Positions 28,218-37,858 of a stretch of DNA of 64,000 nucleotides are shown piece after piece. A model generated the notes under the pieces. The model was not told the origin of the DNA, searched no databases, and worked only from the letters and a program-made list of their open reading frames with translations. The stretch comes from a virus. The translations under genes were made by a program, and so were the position numbers. Location of the stretch: the IMG/VR virus record IMGVR_UViG_3300021961_000037, positions 50,095 through 114,094 of that record; one strand, given 5' to 3'. The stretch's first letter is position 1, and the number at the start of each line of letters is the position of its first letter.

Positions 28218-29168
28218 ATGGGCGTTTCCACACCGTATGGCATTCAAGGGCTGAAGAACTATGTAAGGGTCACCACGCCTACGAGCATTGAATATCTGCT
28301 TGTTGGCGGTGGTGGAGCAAGTAGTGCTTCAAATGGTGGTGGCGGAGGTGGTGGCGGTGTTCTGTCTGGAACTACATCTGTTACTGGCGGTTCTGAATAC
28401 ACAATAACTGTTGGTGGTGGCGGGTCTGGTGCTGGTTCAACTGGAGTAAATAATGTCAAAGGCAATAACGGGTCAGACACGGTCGCTTTTTCTTTGACTG
28501 CTGGTGGCGGTGGTGCAGGCAACAGCCTAAACAACAGCGCTGGTGGTTCAAATGGACGAGCAAGCAATGGTTCTGGTGGCGGTGGGTCGGTGACAAACGC
28601 CGGTATAACGGCTGCTCATAATGCTGGTTCTGGAAACGGAACAGGGAAAAACGGAGGCGCTGGGCTTGGCGACATTGCTTCGGGTGGCGGAGGCGGTGCT
28701 GGTGCTGCTGGAACTGCCGGAACATCAACAAATGGCGGTACGGGTGGAAACGGTGTTCAAAATTCAATAAATGGAACAAACTTGTATTGGGCTGGCGGCG
28801 GCGGTGGAACAAGTAATGGAACTGCGGGGAATGGCGGTCTTGGTGGTGGAGGTGGCGGAGCAACCAATACTGGAACACCTGGTCAAGGCGGTGGGTCGGC
28901 ACTTAACTCTGGCGGCAATGGTGGTACTGGTACTGGGAATGATGGCGGAAATGGCGGCGACAATACTGGTGGCGGTGGTGGCGGTTCTGGTTGTCAACAG
29001 AATCAAGTAGCATCGGCAGTCGGTGCAAACGGTGGCTCTGGTGTAGTCATTATTAAATATCCAGATATTTACAGCGCTGCAACCTCTACGACTGGTTCTG
29101 TATCGCTGAGCACGGTAAACGGATACAAAATATATACATTCACCACTAGCGGAAGCATCACCTTCTAA
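28218..29168 (+). CDS. Glycine-rich putative adhesin
   Basis: 'IEYLLVGGGG...GGSGVVIIKYP...YTFTTSG'. Confidence 0.7.
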   Translation: MGVSTPYGIQGLKNYVRVTTPTSIEYLLVGGGGASSASNGGGGGGGGVLSGTTSVTGGSEYTITVGGGGSGAGSTGVNNVKGNNGSDTVAFSLTAGGGGAGNSLNNSAGGSNGRASNGSGGGGSVTNAGITAAHNAGSGNGTGKNGGAGLGDIASGGGGGAGAAGTAGTSTNGGTGGNGVQNSINGTNLYWAGGGGGTSNGTAGNGGLGGGGGGATNTGTPGQGGGSALNSGGNGGTGTGNDGGNGGDNTGGGGGGSGCQQNQVASAVGANGGSGVVIIKYPDIYSAATSTTGSVSLSTVNGYKIYTFTTSGSITF

Positions 29169-30940
29169 TGAGTATCTCAGGCGCACGTAAACCAAGACTC
29201 GCTACAGAGTACGGTATTGCATCTGGCGGTACTGAATCAGATATAACCGTTTCAGGTGTCTCATACAAACTTCATACATTTGCGGCAACAGGTACGCTTT
29301 CGGTTACTCAACCCGGTTGGTTTGATGTGCTTACCATCGCTGGTGGCGGTGGAGGCGGTGGAAGCAATGGGAGCGACTTCCATGGCGGAGGCGGTGGCGG
29401 TGGCGGAGCCCAACTAACGACAATGTACCTATCCTCCAACGCAACAGTGACGGTCGGTGCTGGAGGAAATGGTGGTGCAATAGGTGGAGGAACAAAACCC
29501 TCAGATGGAACATCATCATCTGTCGGCGGTGCTGTTCTTTCAAATGGAGTTGCTGCTGCTGGTGGTGGTGCTGGCGCTGACGGTTGGGGTAACAAGAATT
29601 CCAATGGTGGTTCAGGTGGCGGTGGAGGAATGGAGGCATCAAGTACAAAAGGTTTTGGTATCCCAACACAAGGTAATGATGGTGGTGCAGGATTTAATAG
29701 CAGGGGTCCAGGAAACGGCGCTGGCGGTGGTGGTGGTGCGGGTGGAGTCGGTGGAGCCGGCACTTCGTCTGCTGGTGGCGCTGGTGGCGATGGCGTTGAC
29801 ATATCTTCGTGGCTTGGAAGTGGAGCCCCTTCGTCTCCGTACTACATGGCGGCTGGGGGAGGTGGAGCAAGATACAGCGGAAGTAGCGGTGCTGGCGGTT
29901 CCTCTATTGGCGGCAATGGTGGCTCCAATACGACAGGAAGCGCAGCGACTGCAAGCAGGGCTTCTGGTGGCGGTGGTGCTTCTGGTGCTGGATACAACTC
30001 TGGAGGAAACGGTTCTGGAGGAATCGTCTATATCCGTAGAAGAGTCTCTGGATCTGCTGTAGGAACGCTGACGTATCTCCCGGTTTTGAATAATGTCGAG
30101 TATTTGATTATCGGTGGCGGTGGCGGTGGGGGAGGACGTCATGGTGGTGGCGGTGGTGCTGGTGGTTACCGTTCATCGGTGAGCGGAGAATCCTCTGGCG
30201 GTGGCGCATCCGCCGAAGACAAATTATTATTTACTGCTGGAAGCACATACTCAATCACTGTTGGCGCTGGCGGTCCAGGTGGTACTGCAAACAATAACGG
30301 AACGCTCCCAAGAGCAACATCGGGTAGCAATAGTTCTGCTTTTGGTATTACATCAACTGGTGGCGGCGCGGGTGGAAACGGGAATGTTGCTGGTGAAGCA
30401 AATGGAATTGCTGGCGGTTCTGGTGGTGGCAGTGTTCCTTCTGGTACTGGTGGCGCTGGTACTGCAAATCAGGGGTATGCCGGAGGAAATGGCGGCAGTA
30501 CTTATCTTGGTGGCGGTGGAGGTGGTGCATCTGCTGCTGGTTCAAATTACTCTGGTTCGACTGCAGGCAATGGTGGCAATGGACTTGCGTCAAGCATCAC
30601 TGGCTCCTCCATAACCCGTGCTGGAGGTGGCGGAGGTGGTGGATGGACTGGCAACACTGCTGGAACTGGCGGTTCCGGTGGAGGCGGTGCTGGTGTCGCC
30701 AACTCTGGAACAAAAGCAACAAGTGGCACTGCCAACACTGGTAGCGGTGGCGGAGGTGGAGGCACTGACTCTGCCCCAAATGCTGGTGGTGGTGACGGTG
30801 GTGCAGGTGTCGTCATCGTTCGTTACCCGACAGCAAACGCCACTGGTCTATCGGTAACTGGCGGAACTATTACAACATCGGGCAGTTACACCATTCATAC
30901 ATTCAACGCAACTGGAACCTTCACGGTGGCACGGGCATGA
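29168..30940 (+). CDS. Glycine-rich putative adhesin with two tandem Gly-rich domains
   Basis: Two complete units ('DVLTIAGGG..GGIVYIR' and 'VEYLIIGGG..GVVIVRY'). Confidence 0.7.
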   Translation: MSISGARKPRLATEYGIASGGTESDITVSGVSYKLHTFAATGTLSVTQPGWFDVLTIAGGGGGGGSNGSDFHGGGGGGGGAQLTTMYLSSNATVTVGAGGNGGAIGGGTKPSDGTSSSVGGAVLSNGVAAAGGGAGADGWGNKNSNGGSGGGGGMEASSTKGFGIPTQGNDGGAGFNSRGPGNGAGGGGGAGGVGGAGTSSAGGAGGDGVDISSWLGSGAPSSPYYMAAGGGGARYSGSSGAGGSSIGGNGGSNTTGSAATASRASGGGGASGAGYNSGGNGSGGIVYIRRRVSGSAVGTLTYLPVLNNVEYLIIGGGGGGGGRHGGGGGAGGYRSSVSGESSGGGASAEDKLLFTAGSTYSITVGAGGPGGTANNNGTLPRATSGSNSSAFGITSTGGGAGGNGNVAGEANGIAGGSGGGSVPSGTGGAGTANQGYAGGNGGSTYLGGGGGGASAAGSNYSGSTAGNGGNGLASSITGSSITRAGGGGGGGWTGNTAGTGGSGGGGAGVANSGTKATSGTANTGSGGGGGGTDSAPNAGGGDGGAGVVIVRYPTANATGLSVTGGTITTSGSYTIHTFNATGTFTVARA

Positions 30941-30968
30941 AATCGTTTATCATTGAGGTGAGGTAATC

Positions 30969-31628
30969 ATGCCGTTTTCTTCAGTTTTAGGTGCATCTTC
31001 GGTCATCAAGCCTGGTGTCTGCACGTCCTCAACCCGCCCAACGGTTCCCTATGAGGGGCAGTTGATTTATGAGACGGATACAGACAGGGTTGCTTCTTGG
31101 AACGGCTCTGCTTGGGTATATACGGCGACTGGAGGGCTAATCACAGTAAAGGGGGAGACGGCATTCTCCAATGTCGCAAATGTGACCGCTGACGGCGTAT
31201 TCACTAGCGCATACACGAACTACCGAATGATTATTCGTTTTCAGATAAGTGTTGGGCAACTCTCGTTTCAGTTACGTGCCGCAACGGTTGACGCAACAAC
31301 GAATTATTCAACGCAAAGCATAGTCGCAAACGGTGCAACGCTATCAGGAGCACGTACAACAAGCACATCAAACGCAAACATCGGAAACAATGGTAACGGA
31401 GCGTTTTGGGGATTGGCAGTTGTGGAATTGAGCGGTCCACAACTAGCCGAGCCGACGCTTTACCAATCGCAATTTTTGCGACAAGACGGAAACTACACAA
31501 CGGCTACAGTAATTCAAAACTACTACGGTAATCATTCAGATTCAACAAGTTATGACGGCATAAAATTATTGGGTACTAGCGCCAACATTACGGGCAGTTA
31601 CACCATCTATGGATACGCAAAGGTCTAA
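30969..31628 (+). CDS. Putative receptor-binding / minor tail protein
   Basis: Paralogue of 25228 with the PGVCTSSTRP module. Confidence 0.6.
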   Translation: MPFSSVLGASSVIKPGVCTSSTRPTVPYEGQLIYETDTDRVASWNGSAWVYTATGGLITVKGETAFSNVANVTADGVFTSAYTNYRMIIRFQISVGQLSFQLRAATVDATTNYSTQSIVANGATLSGARTTSTSNANIGNNGNGAFWGLAVVELSGPQLAEPTLYQSQFLRQDGNYTTATVIQNYYGNHSDSTSYDGIKLLGTSANITGSYTIYGYAKV

Positions 31629-31630
31629 CC

Positions 31631-31840
31631 ATGAGAACCAACGACAACGGAATTGACCGAGAAATGACAGCAGAAGAAGCCGCAGCACATACTGCTTGGA
31701 TGACAGTAGCGGCACAAGAAGCAGAAGAACTCGCCCAAGCCGAAGCCGCTCGCATCGCCGCCAAGGAATCCGCCAAAGCCAAACTCGCAGCCCTTGGTCT
31801 AACTGATGACGAAATCAACGCAATCATTGGAGGTGTGTGA
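31631..31840 (+). CDS. Small helical chaperone-like protein
   Basis: Paralogue of 25899. Confidence 0.6.
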   Translation: MRTNDNGIDREMTAEEAAAHTAWMTVAAQEAEELAQAEAARIAAKESAKAKLAALGLTDDEINAIIGGV

Positions 31841-32028
31841 TGCCTATTGACTTTCCTGGCTCCCCATCCACTGGTGACCACTACTCCTACGACGAGCGCA
31901 CATGGAGATGGGATGGCTCTACATGGCGATTAGTGGTCAGTGGTACCATTGACTACAACATCGACGGGGGTGGAGCCGCCACTGTTTATGGTGGACAAAG
32001 TGTTATTGACGGAGGAGGCGTAGCGTAA
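31840..32028 (+). CDS. Micro-adaptor (FPxSP anchor plus twin DGG motifs)
   Basis: 'IDFPGSP..WRWDG.W...IDGGG...IDGGGVA'; paralogue of 35158. Confidence 0.6.
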   Translation: MPIDFPGSPSTGDHYSYDERTWRWDGSTWRLVVSGTIDYNIDGGGAATVYGGQSVIDGGGVA

Positions 32029-32277
32029 ATGGCTGTAAGAATTCAGTTCAGGCGAGGCACTGCCTCTGAGTGGACCTCTGCCAACCCGACCCTTGCACAG
32101 GGCGAGTTTGCCCTAGAGACGGACACCGGCTACTACAAGGTCGGTGACGGTTCCACGGCATGGACTTCTCTCTCTTATGGGGGGACAACCGGTCAGCCAG
32201 GTACAAACGGAACAAATGGTCTTGATGCGGTATACGATACTGATCAAGCAGTAATAAGTGCACGAGTTTTTAGTTAG
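32029..32277 (+). CDS. Short fibre with Mtd-N (major tropism determinant N-terminal)-like domain
   Basis: 'RIQFRRGTASEWTSANPTLAQGE..ETDT..KVGDG.TAW.SL.Y'. Confidence 0.75.
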   Translation: MAVRIQFRRGTASEWTSANPTLAQGEFALETDTGYYKVGDGSTAWTSLSYGGTTGQPGTNGTNGLDAVYDTDQAVISARVFS

Positions 32278-32285
32278 GGGAAAAT

Positions 32286-32645
32286 ATGGCTACATTTGCA
32301 AAAACTATTCTGAGTGGTTCAACGGATGGAAAACTCATCAAGGTTGTTCAGACGGCAACTGCTGGAACCACAATCCATACTGGTCCGACTGACACCTCGC
32401 ATTTCCACGAAGTATGGCTGTACGCAGTCAATAGTGATACGACCGATCGCAAGTTGACGATTGAGTGGGGTGGCACTACGTCGCCCGACGATTTAATCGA
32501 GTACACAGTCAAAGCAGAAAACGGTCTATATTTGATTGTTCCTGGATTTATTCTTAAAGGTAATGCCACACCTCTTGTTGTGCGAGCATTCTGCGCTTCG
32601 GCAAACGTGGTGTCTGTGGGCGGATACGTTAACACGATTACCTGA
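32286..32645 (+). CDS. Fibre-tip adaptor (type 3)
   Basis: 119 aa, beta-rich, between a short fibre and a Gly-rich protein. Confidence 0.6.
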   Translation: MATFAKTILSGSTDGKLIKVVQTATAGTTIHTGPTDTSHFHEVWLYAVNSDTTDRKLTIEWGGTTSPDDLIEYTVKAENGLYLIVPGFILKGNATPLVVRAFCASANVVSVGGYVNTIT

Positions 32646-32663
32646 TTGGGAGGGTGATTAGTT

Positions 32664-33602
32664 TTGCCAGGTCAATCACGGAACACGCAGGGCGGAAAAT
32701 CGCTTGCAACGCAGTTGAGTCCTCGCAATATGCGGACTGGAACTGGTCAAGTGAACGCATTGTGGCAGGGTCAAGGTCCACCGTTTCTTGCTACTGGTGG
32801 TACTGGAACAACGCTGAACGGATTTAGGTATTTGGTATTCACAAGCAGCAGCACTCTTACCGTTACTGACGGTGGGACCGCAGAGGTTCTTGTTGTCGCT
32901 GGTGGCGGCGGTGGCGCATCAAACAACGGTGCTGGTGGTGGTGGAGGCGGTATCCGCACTAGTACTGGGCTTACTTATCAAAGTTTGGAATTCTCGTCCG
33001 GAACCTATTCCGTGACGGTCGGGAGTGGCGGCACAGCACCTGGCGATGGAGTCGTAGGCAATGGAGGCAAGGGCGGTAATAGCAGCATTGTTCACAGCGG
33101 TGGCACTCTTTCTGCAACTGGTGGCGGAGCAGGAGTTTACGTTGGCGATGGTGGTGATGGTGGTTCGGGTGGTGGCAGAAACCAATACAATGGTGGCAGT
33201 CGTGGCGGTTTAGGCAACCAAGGTGGCTACACGCCGTCAGAAGGAAATAATGGTTCTGCTGGCGGCTCACCGAATGGTATCGGTGGCGGAGGTGGTTTCA
33301 ATGCTGCAACCAGTACCGGTCACGGAGCACAAGGTTTGACAGTAAATAACCTTGATTCCAACTTGTCAACGATTCTCGGTTATACGGTTATTTCGTCTGG
33401 TGGTGGTGGTTCTGGTAACTGCAACGCTGGTGGAACAAACGGCGCTGGTGGAACAGGTGCAGGAGGAGGCGGATACGGCAATAATGCTGGTGCTGGTGTT
33501 TCCTATGGTTCTGGCGGAGGTGGAGGAAATAACTGTTTCGGCTCCGTCTATCACGGCGGTGTTGGAAAATCAGGTGTCGTTGTGGTGAGGTTCCCAGCGT
33601 GA
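32664..33602 (+). CDS. Glycine-rich putative adhesin
   Basis: 'EVLVVAGGGGG...GKSGVVVVRF'; TTG start with GGAGG upstream. Confidence 0.7.
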   Translation: MPGQSRNTQGGKSLATQLSPRNMRTGTGQVNALWQGQGPPFLATGGTGTTLNGFRYLVFTSSSTLTVTDGGTAEVLVVAGGGGGASNNGAGGGGGGIRTSTGLTYQSLEFSSGTYSVTVGSGGTAPGDGVVGNGGKGGNSSIVHSGGTLSATGGGAGVYVGDGGDGGSGGGRNQYNGGSRGGLGNQGGYTPSEGNNGSAGGSPNGIGGGGGFNAATSTGHGAQGLTVNNLDSNLSTILGYTVISSGGGGSGNCNAGGTNGAGGTGAGGGGYGNNAGAGVSYGSGGGGGNNCFGSVYHGGVGKSGVVVVRFPA

Positions 33603-33895
33603 GCAAAATGTATGCCGAACTAGAAGGCTCTGTTGTTGTCAACATCATCGTTGCCGATGAATCATTTGTGAATAGTCAAGAAAATCCAGAACGATTTGTT
33701 GAATACACGGAGCAAAATCCAGCATTCATAGACGGAGATTATGTTGGAGGCTACTTCTATGCGCCACAGCCGTATCCGTCGTGGAGCAGGAACGGCGCTG
33801 GGTTGTGGGTTGCTCCAGTTGAACGTCCTCAGTATGCCGATTACTGGGATGAGGAAAATCAGCAGTGGGTTTTGTTAACTGAACTTCCCGACTAA
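33599..33895 (+). CDS. Adhesin-associated small protein
   Basis: 'VVVNIIVADE..APQPYPSW..W.APV'; related to 23201. Confidence 0.6.
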   Translation: MSKMYAELEGSVVVNIIVADESFVNSQENPERFVEYTEQNPAFIDGDYVGGYFYAPQPYPSWSRNGAGLWVAPVERPQYADYWDEENQQWVLLTELPD

Positions 33896-33904
33896 CATGT
33901 ATTT

Positions 33905-34438
33905 GTGCTTCAATTATTCGAAGACCTATTAGACCCGGATTATGCAAAAACTATTGAAAAAACAATGCTGTCAAACGCATTCCCATACTATTTCTTCGCC
34001 GACATTGATTATGGGAAAGGCAATGATGTTTATAACTTTGGATTTTCCCACACATTCGTTGACCAGTTTGCCGAATCACGAAGTGATTTTTTAGAACTTG
34101 TTTTGCCTGTTGCTTTTGCAATCGGTGATGCACTTGATCTGAAACTTACGCAACTTATACGAATTCGTGGGGTTATGTTGACACCAATTGGCATCGGATA
34201 CAACCATGTCCGACATACGGACTTGGCCAGTGACCCAGACTCATTGACTGCCGTGTACTATGTGAACGATTCGGATGGGGCGACCACCATATACAACGGA
34301 GAAGATGTAGTGAGTGTCAATCCAAAGCAAAACAGTGCTGTCGTATTTGATACACATATGGAACATCATGGTGCAAAACCCGTAAAAACAGCATCACGGG
34401 TGGTTTTGAATATAAACTTCAGAGGTGAACCACAATGA
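33905..34438 (+). CDS. 2OG-Fe(II) oxygenase
   Basis: H-T-D, 'YYVNDSDG.T', distal H ('EHHG') and R ('SRVVLNINF'). Confidence 0.8.
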   Translation: MLQLFEDLLDPDYAKTIEKTMLSNAFPYYFFADIDYGKGNDVYNFGFSHTFVDQFAESRSDFLELVLPVAFAIGDALDLKLTQLIRIRGVMLTPIGIGYNHVRHTDLASDPDSLTAVYYVNDSDGATTIYNGEDVVSVNPKQNSAVVFDTHMEHHGAKPVKTASRVVLNINFRGEPQ

Positions 34439-35049
34439 CTTCCAAACCCATTATTGAGCAGTGGTTCCCTAAACCTTTATATATTGTGAATGACTTCATG
34501 GTCGATGAGTTGGTGATGTATAAAAAATGGTTATACGAACTGTTTTCTTTAAATGATGACATGAAGAGGACGGAAGAATTAAATGTAAATAGCACGCATA
34601 ACATGACAACTCTTCATACGCAGGATATTTTCAGGAACTTGTCAAACGAGATAACGAAGAATGCAACTCAATTCGTGAGAATGCTCGGGTATTCTGGCGA
34701 CCTTTTCATTAACAACATGTGGGCTAATCATGTTGTCAAGGGTGAATACTTATTCCCCCACAACCATCCGAACAGCATGTTGAGCGGCGCCTACTATGTT
34801 GAGTCTGACCACCCCGAAGATGTAATCAAATTTTACGATAATCCCATGAACATGCTTCCTGCGCCAGACGAGTACACATCACTTAGTTACGATTATTGTG
34901 CATACAGATGCCAGCCTGGAAGACTGATTCTCTTTAAGAGCGATTTCATTCATGGCTGCCCTGCCCTAAAAGGGGAAAGCAAAATTGTGATGTCTTTCAA
35001 TATTGGGTTTGTCGGTTCTTTTGATTTTGAGGTCACCAAACCCGCATAA
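34435..35049 (+). CDS. 2OG-Fe(II) oxygenase-like protein (TIGR02466-type, HxH)
   Basis: 'WFP.P', 'MWAN', 'PHNHPNSMLSGAYYV', 'G.LILF.S...HG', 'IVMSFN'. Confidence 0.8.
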   Translation: MTSKPIIEQWFPKPLYIVNDFMVDELVMYKKWLYELFSLNDDMKRTEELNVNSTHNMTTLHTQDIFRNLSNEITKNATQFVRMLGYSGDLFINNMWANHVVKGEYLFPHNHPNSMLSGAYYVESDHPEDVIKFYDNPMNMLPAPDEYTSLSYDYCAYRCQPGRLILFKSDFIHGCPALKGESKIVMSFNIGFVGSFDFEVTKPA

Positions 35050-35157
35050 AACTCAATGAGTATTTGCCCCAAATCACCTTAACTGCTAGTTTATTTCAAA
35101 TCAAATACATCTAAATGGTGTAAAATTAGGTAACTTCTGATTTGTTTGGAGACCCAG

Positions 35158-35334
35158 TTGAGTATCGCATTTCCGAGCGCCCCTTCCAACGACCAAGAAT
35201 TCATTGCCGCGGGGAAAGCATGGACATGGAACGGCTCACGGTGGCTCAGGTCTGAATACTCCATAATTGATGGTGGCAATTCGGGAAGTGAACAGAATAC
35301 CGCAAAATATATTTACGACGGTGGGACGGCATAA
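35158..35334 (+). CDS. Micro-adaptor (FPxxP anchor plus twin DGG motifs)
   Basis: TTG start with GGAG RBS; 'AFPSAP..WTWNG.W..IDGG...YDGGTA'. Confidence 0.6.
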   Translation: MSIAFPSAPSNDQEFIAAGKAWTWNGSRWLRSEYSIIDGGNSGSEQNTAKYIYDGGTA

Positions 35335-35337
35335 CTT

Positions 35338-37494
35338 ATGACAGTTCGCAGAATACGACTAAGACGAGATACTGCTTCGGCGTGGACCTCTGCTAACCCA
35401 ACCCTTGCGCTTGGTGAAATTGCATGGGAGTCGGACACATCCAAGATAAAAATAGGTGACGGTACTACTGCATGGACTTCCCTTGCCTATTACAATGCCT
35501 CACTCAACAGCATTGGCGATGTTACGATTACTGACGTAGCCAACGGCGACTTTTTGCGTTGGAACGGTTCGGCATGGATTAATGACGCCGTAAACCTGTC
35601 AACGGACACGGTCGGCGATTTTGTCCAATCCCTTGTGGCGGGTACTGGTGTTACCGTTTCCAATAACAGTGGAGAAGCAGCCACACCAACAATTCAAATT
35701 GGGCAAGCCGTCGGCACGACAGACAATGTAACTTTCAATACCGTCACCGCCGATCTCACCGGTGATGTAACCGGAAATGCAGACACCGCAACAACTCTAG
35801 AGACGGCAAGAACAATCTCGCTCGGCGGGGACCTGAGCGGCTCAGCATCGTTTGACGGTTCAGCAGACATAACGATTACCGCCACGATAAGTGCCGACTC
35901 AACAGTCCTTGGCACTGATACAACTGGAGATTACGTTGAGTCACTTGTCGCAGGTACTGGCGTAACTCTCACAAACAACACAGGCGAGGGGGCAACCCCT
36001 ACGGTTGCAATCGGCCAAGCAGTCGAAACCACAAGCGATGTCACATTCAATACCGTCACCGCCGACTTGACGGGCAACGCCGACACTGCGACGACCCTTG
36101 AGACTGCTCGCACCATCTCGCTTGGTGGAGATTTGTCGGGCTCAGCATCATTTGATGGCTCGTCCGACGTCACAATAACTGCAACCATCGGTGCTGACTC
36201 TGTTGCCCTGGGTACCGACACGACTGGAAACTATGTTTCCGATGTAACTGGCGGAACAGGCGTAACGGTAACACATACTCCGGGTGAAGGTTCGAGCCCG
36301 TCAGTTGCCATTGGTCAGGCTGTTGGAACTGCAGATGATGTCACATTCAATACGGTGACTGCAGATTTGACTGGCGATGTCACAGGCAATGCTGACACAG
36401 CAACCACACTTGAAACCGCCAGAACAATTTCTCTCGGTGGTGACCTTTCGGGGTCTGCCTCGTTTAACGGTTCTGCAGATGTCACAATCACGGCGACGAT
36501 TGGCGCTGACTCGGTTGCACTTGGCACTGACACAACTGGCGACTACGTTGGTTCGCTCGTTGCTGGCACGGGTGTCACCTTGTCCAACAACTCTGGTGAG
36601 GGAGCCACACCAACGGTCGCCATCGGTCAGTCGGTAGGAACATCCGATAGCCCAACCTTTGCTGGAGCGACATTGGATGCAGTACAAGTTGGAATCACGG
36701 CAGCGGGAGAGATTGACACCGCCTCGGGCAACTTGACCATTGACTCTGCTGGTGGCACGGTAACCGTTGACGACAATTTGGTTGTAACAGGAGATTTGAC
36801 GGTTTCGGGAACGACCACAACGGTCAACACCGAAACTATCAACCTTGCCGACAATATCATCACCCTAAACAGCAATGAAACTGGTACTCCGAGTCAGAAT
36901 GCCGGTCTTGAAGTAGAGCGTGGAACATCGGCAAATGTTGAGTTGCGCTGGAACGAGACAAGCGATAAATGGGAATTGACAGAAGATGGAAGCACCTATT
37001 ACGACATTGCGACAGAATCCTATGTTGATGCGCAGTCCATTGCTTCACTTGATGATGTCGGCGATGTCACGATTACCTCTGCGGCTTCGGGCGAGTTCCT
37101 CAAGTGGAACGGCTCGGCGTGGGTAAATGATTCAATTCCAACAATCAACACGCTTGATGATGTCGGCGACGTCACGATTACCTCGGCGGCTTCGGGTGAG
37201 TTCCTTAAGTGGAACGGTAGTGCATGGGTAAACGATTCAATTCCGACAATCAACACGCTTGATGACGTCGGCGACGTAACGATTACATCGGCAGCGTCTG
37301 GCGACTTTCTCAAGTGGAATGGTTCTGCGTGGGTCAATGACCCAATTAACCTCGGCACGGACACCACTGGCAACTATATGGTCAATGTTTCTGCCGGAGA
37401 CGGAATAAATGTTTCACACACACAGGGTGAGGGTTCAACAGCAACAATATCCGCAAGGGATACTTTGGTAAGGTTCTACATGGAGGTCATCTGA
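35338..37494 (+). CDS. Repetitive tail fibre with Mtd-N-like N-terminus
   Basis: 'RIRLRRDTASAWTSANPTL..GE' followed by the same repeats as 16122. Confidence 0.8.
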   Translation: MTVRRIRLRRDTASAWTSANPTLALGEIAWESDTSKIKIGDGTTAWTSLAYYNASLNSIGDVTITDVANGDFLRWNGSAWINDAVNLSTDTVGDFVQSLVAGTGVTVSNNSGEAATPTIQIGQAVGTTDNVTFNTVTADLTGDVTGNADTATTLETARTISLGGDLSGSASFDGSADITITATISADSTVLGTDTTGDYVESLVAGTGVTLTNNTGEGATPTVAIGQAVETTSDVTFNTVTADLTGNADTATTLETARTISLGGDLSGSASFDGSSDVTITATIGADSVALGTDTTGNYVSDVTGGTGVTVTHTPGEGSSPSVAIGQAVGTADDVTFNTVTADLTGDVTGNADTATTLETARTISLGGDLSGSASFNGSADVTITATIGADSVALGTDTTGDYVGSLVAGTGVTLSNNSGEGATPTVAIGQSVGTSDSPTFAGATLDAVQVGITAAGEIDTASGNLTIDSAGGTVTVDDNLVVTGDLTVSGTTTTVNTETINLADNIITLNSNETGTPSQNAGLEVERGTSANVELRWNETSDKWELTEDGSTYYDIATESYVDAQSIASLDDVGDVTITSAASGEFLKWNGSAWVNDSIPTINTLDDVGDVTITSAASGEFLKWNGSAWVNDSIPTINTLDDVGDVTITSAASGDFLKWNGSAWVNDPINLGTDTTGNYMVNVSAGDGINVSHTQGEGSTATISARDTLVRFYMEVI
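37048..37340 (+). repeat. 105-bp coding tandem repeat (about 2.8 copies)
   Basis: Units start at 37048, 37153 and 37258, encoding LDDVGDVTITSAASGEFLKWNGSAWVNDSIPTINT. Confidence 0.85.
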
Positions 37495-37495
37495 T

Positions 37496-37858
37496 ATGTC
37501 ATTGACACAAAAACGACTGGTTGGTCCAACCCAACTCACGACGACGACAAGCACGGTCCTATACACCGTGCCGCAAAGCACGACGACCATCGTGAAGCAG
37601 ATTATCCTCTGCAACACGACTGGTTCTGCAGTAACCGTGACGCTGGTTTGCAAGCCGTTGAACGTCGCTCAGGCTTCTTCGCAGAACTTCTTCAACACCC
37701 TGTCGGTTGGGGCAAACGAAACATTGACCTTCCAAACCAACTTGGTTCTGACAAACAACGGAAGCACAGCAAACGCAACGAACAGTGACCAAATCATTGG
37801 TTCCGCAAGTGCAAACACCGCCATCAACATCATCATGAACGGAGTCGAAGAAGCGTAA
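37496..37858 (+). CDS. Fibre-tip adaptor (type 2-related)
   Basis: 'KRLVGPTQL..IVKQIILCNT' resembles 23865 and 27876. Confidence 0.65.
   Translation: MSLTQKRLVGPTQLTTTTSTVLYTVPQSTTTIVKQIILCNTTGSAVTVTLVCKPLNVAQASSQNFFNTLSVGANETLTFQTNLVLTNNGSTANATNSDQIIGSASANTAINIIMNGVEEA

Noticed and set aside
22615-30816. Minus-strand poly-Pro ORFs
   Set aside because: Antisense shadows of GGN-rich genes; unlike 47557, they have no supporting domain, RBS or operon context
32029-37494. Diversity-generating retroelement suggested by the Mtd-N domains
   Set aside because: No reverse transcriptase and no template/variable repeat pair differing at adenines is visible; Mtd-N is only an anchoring domain
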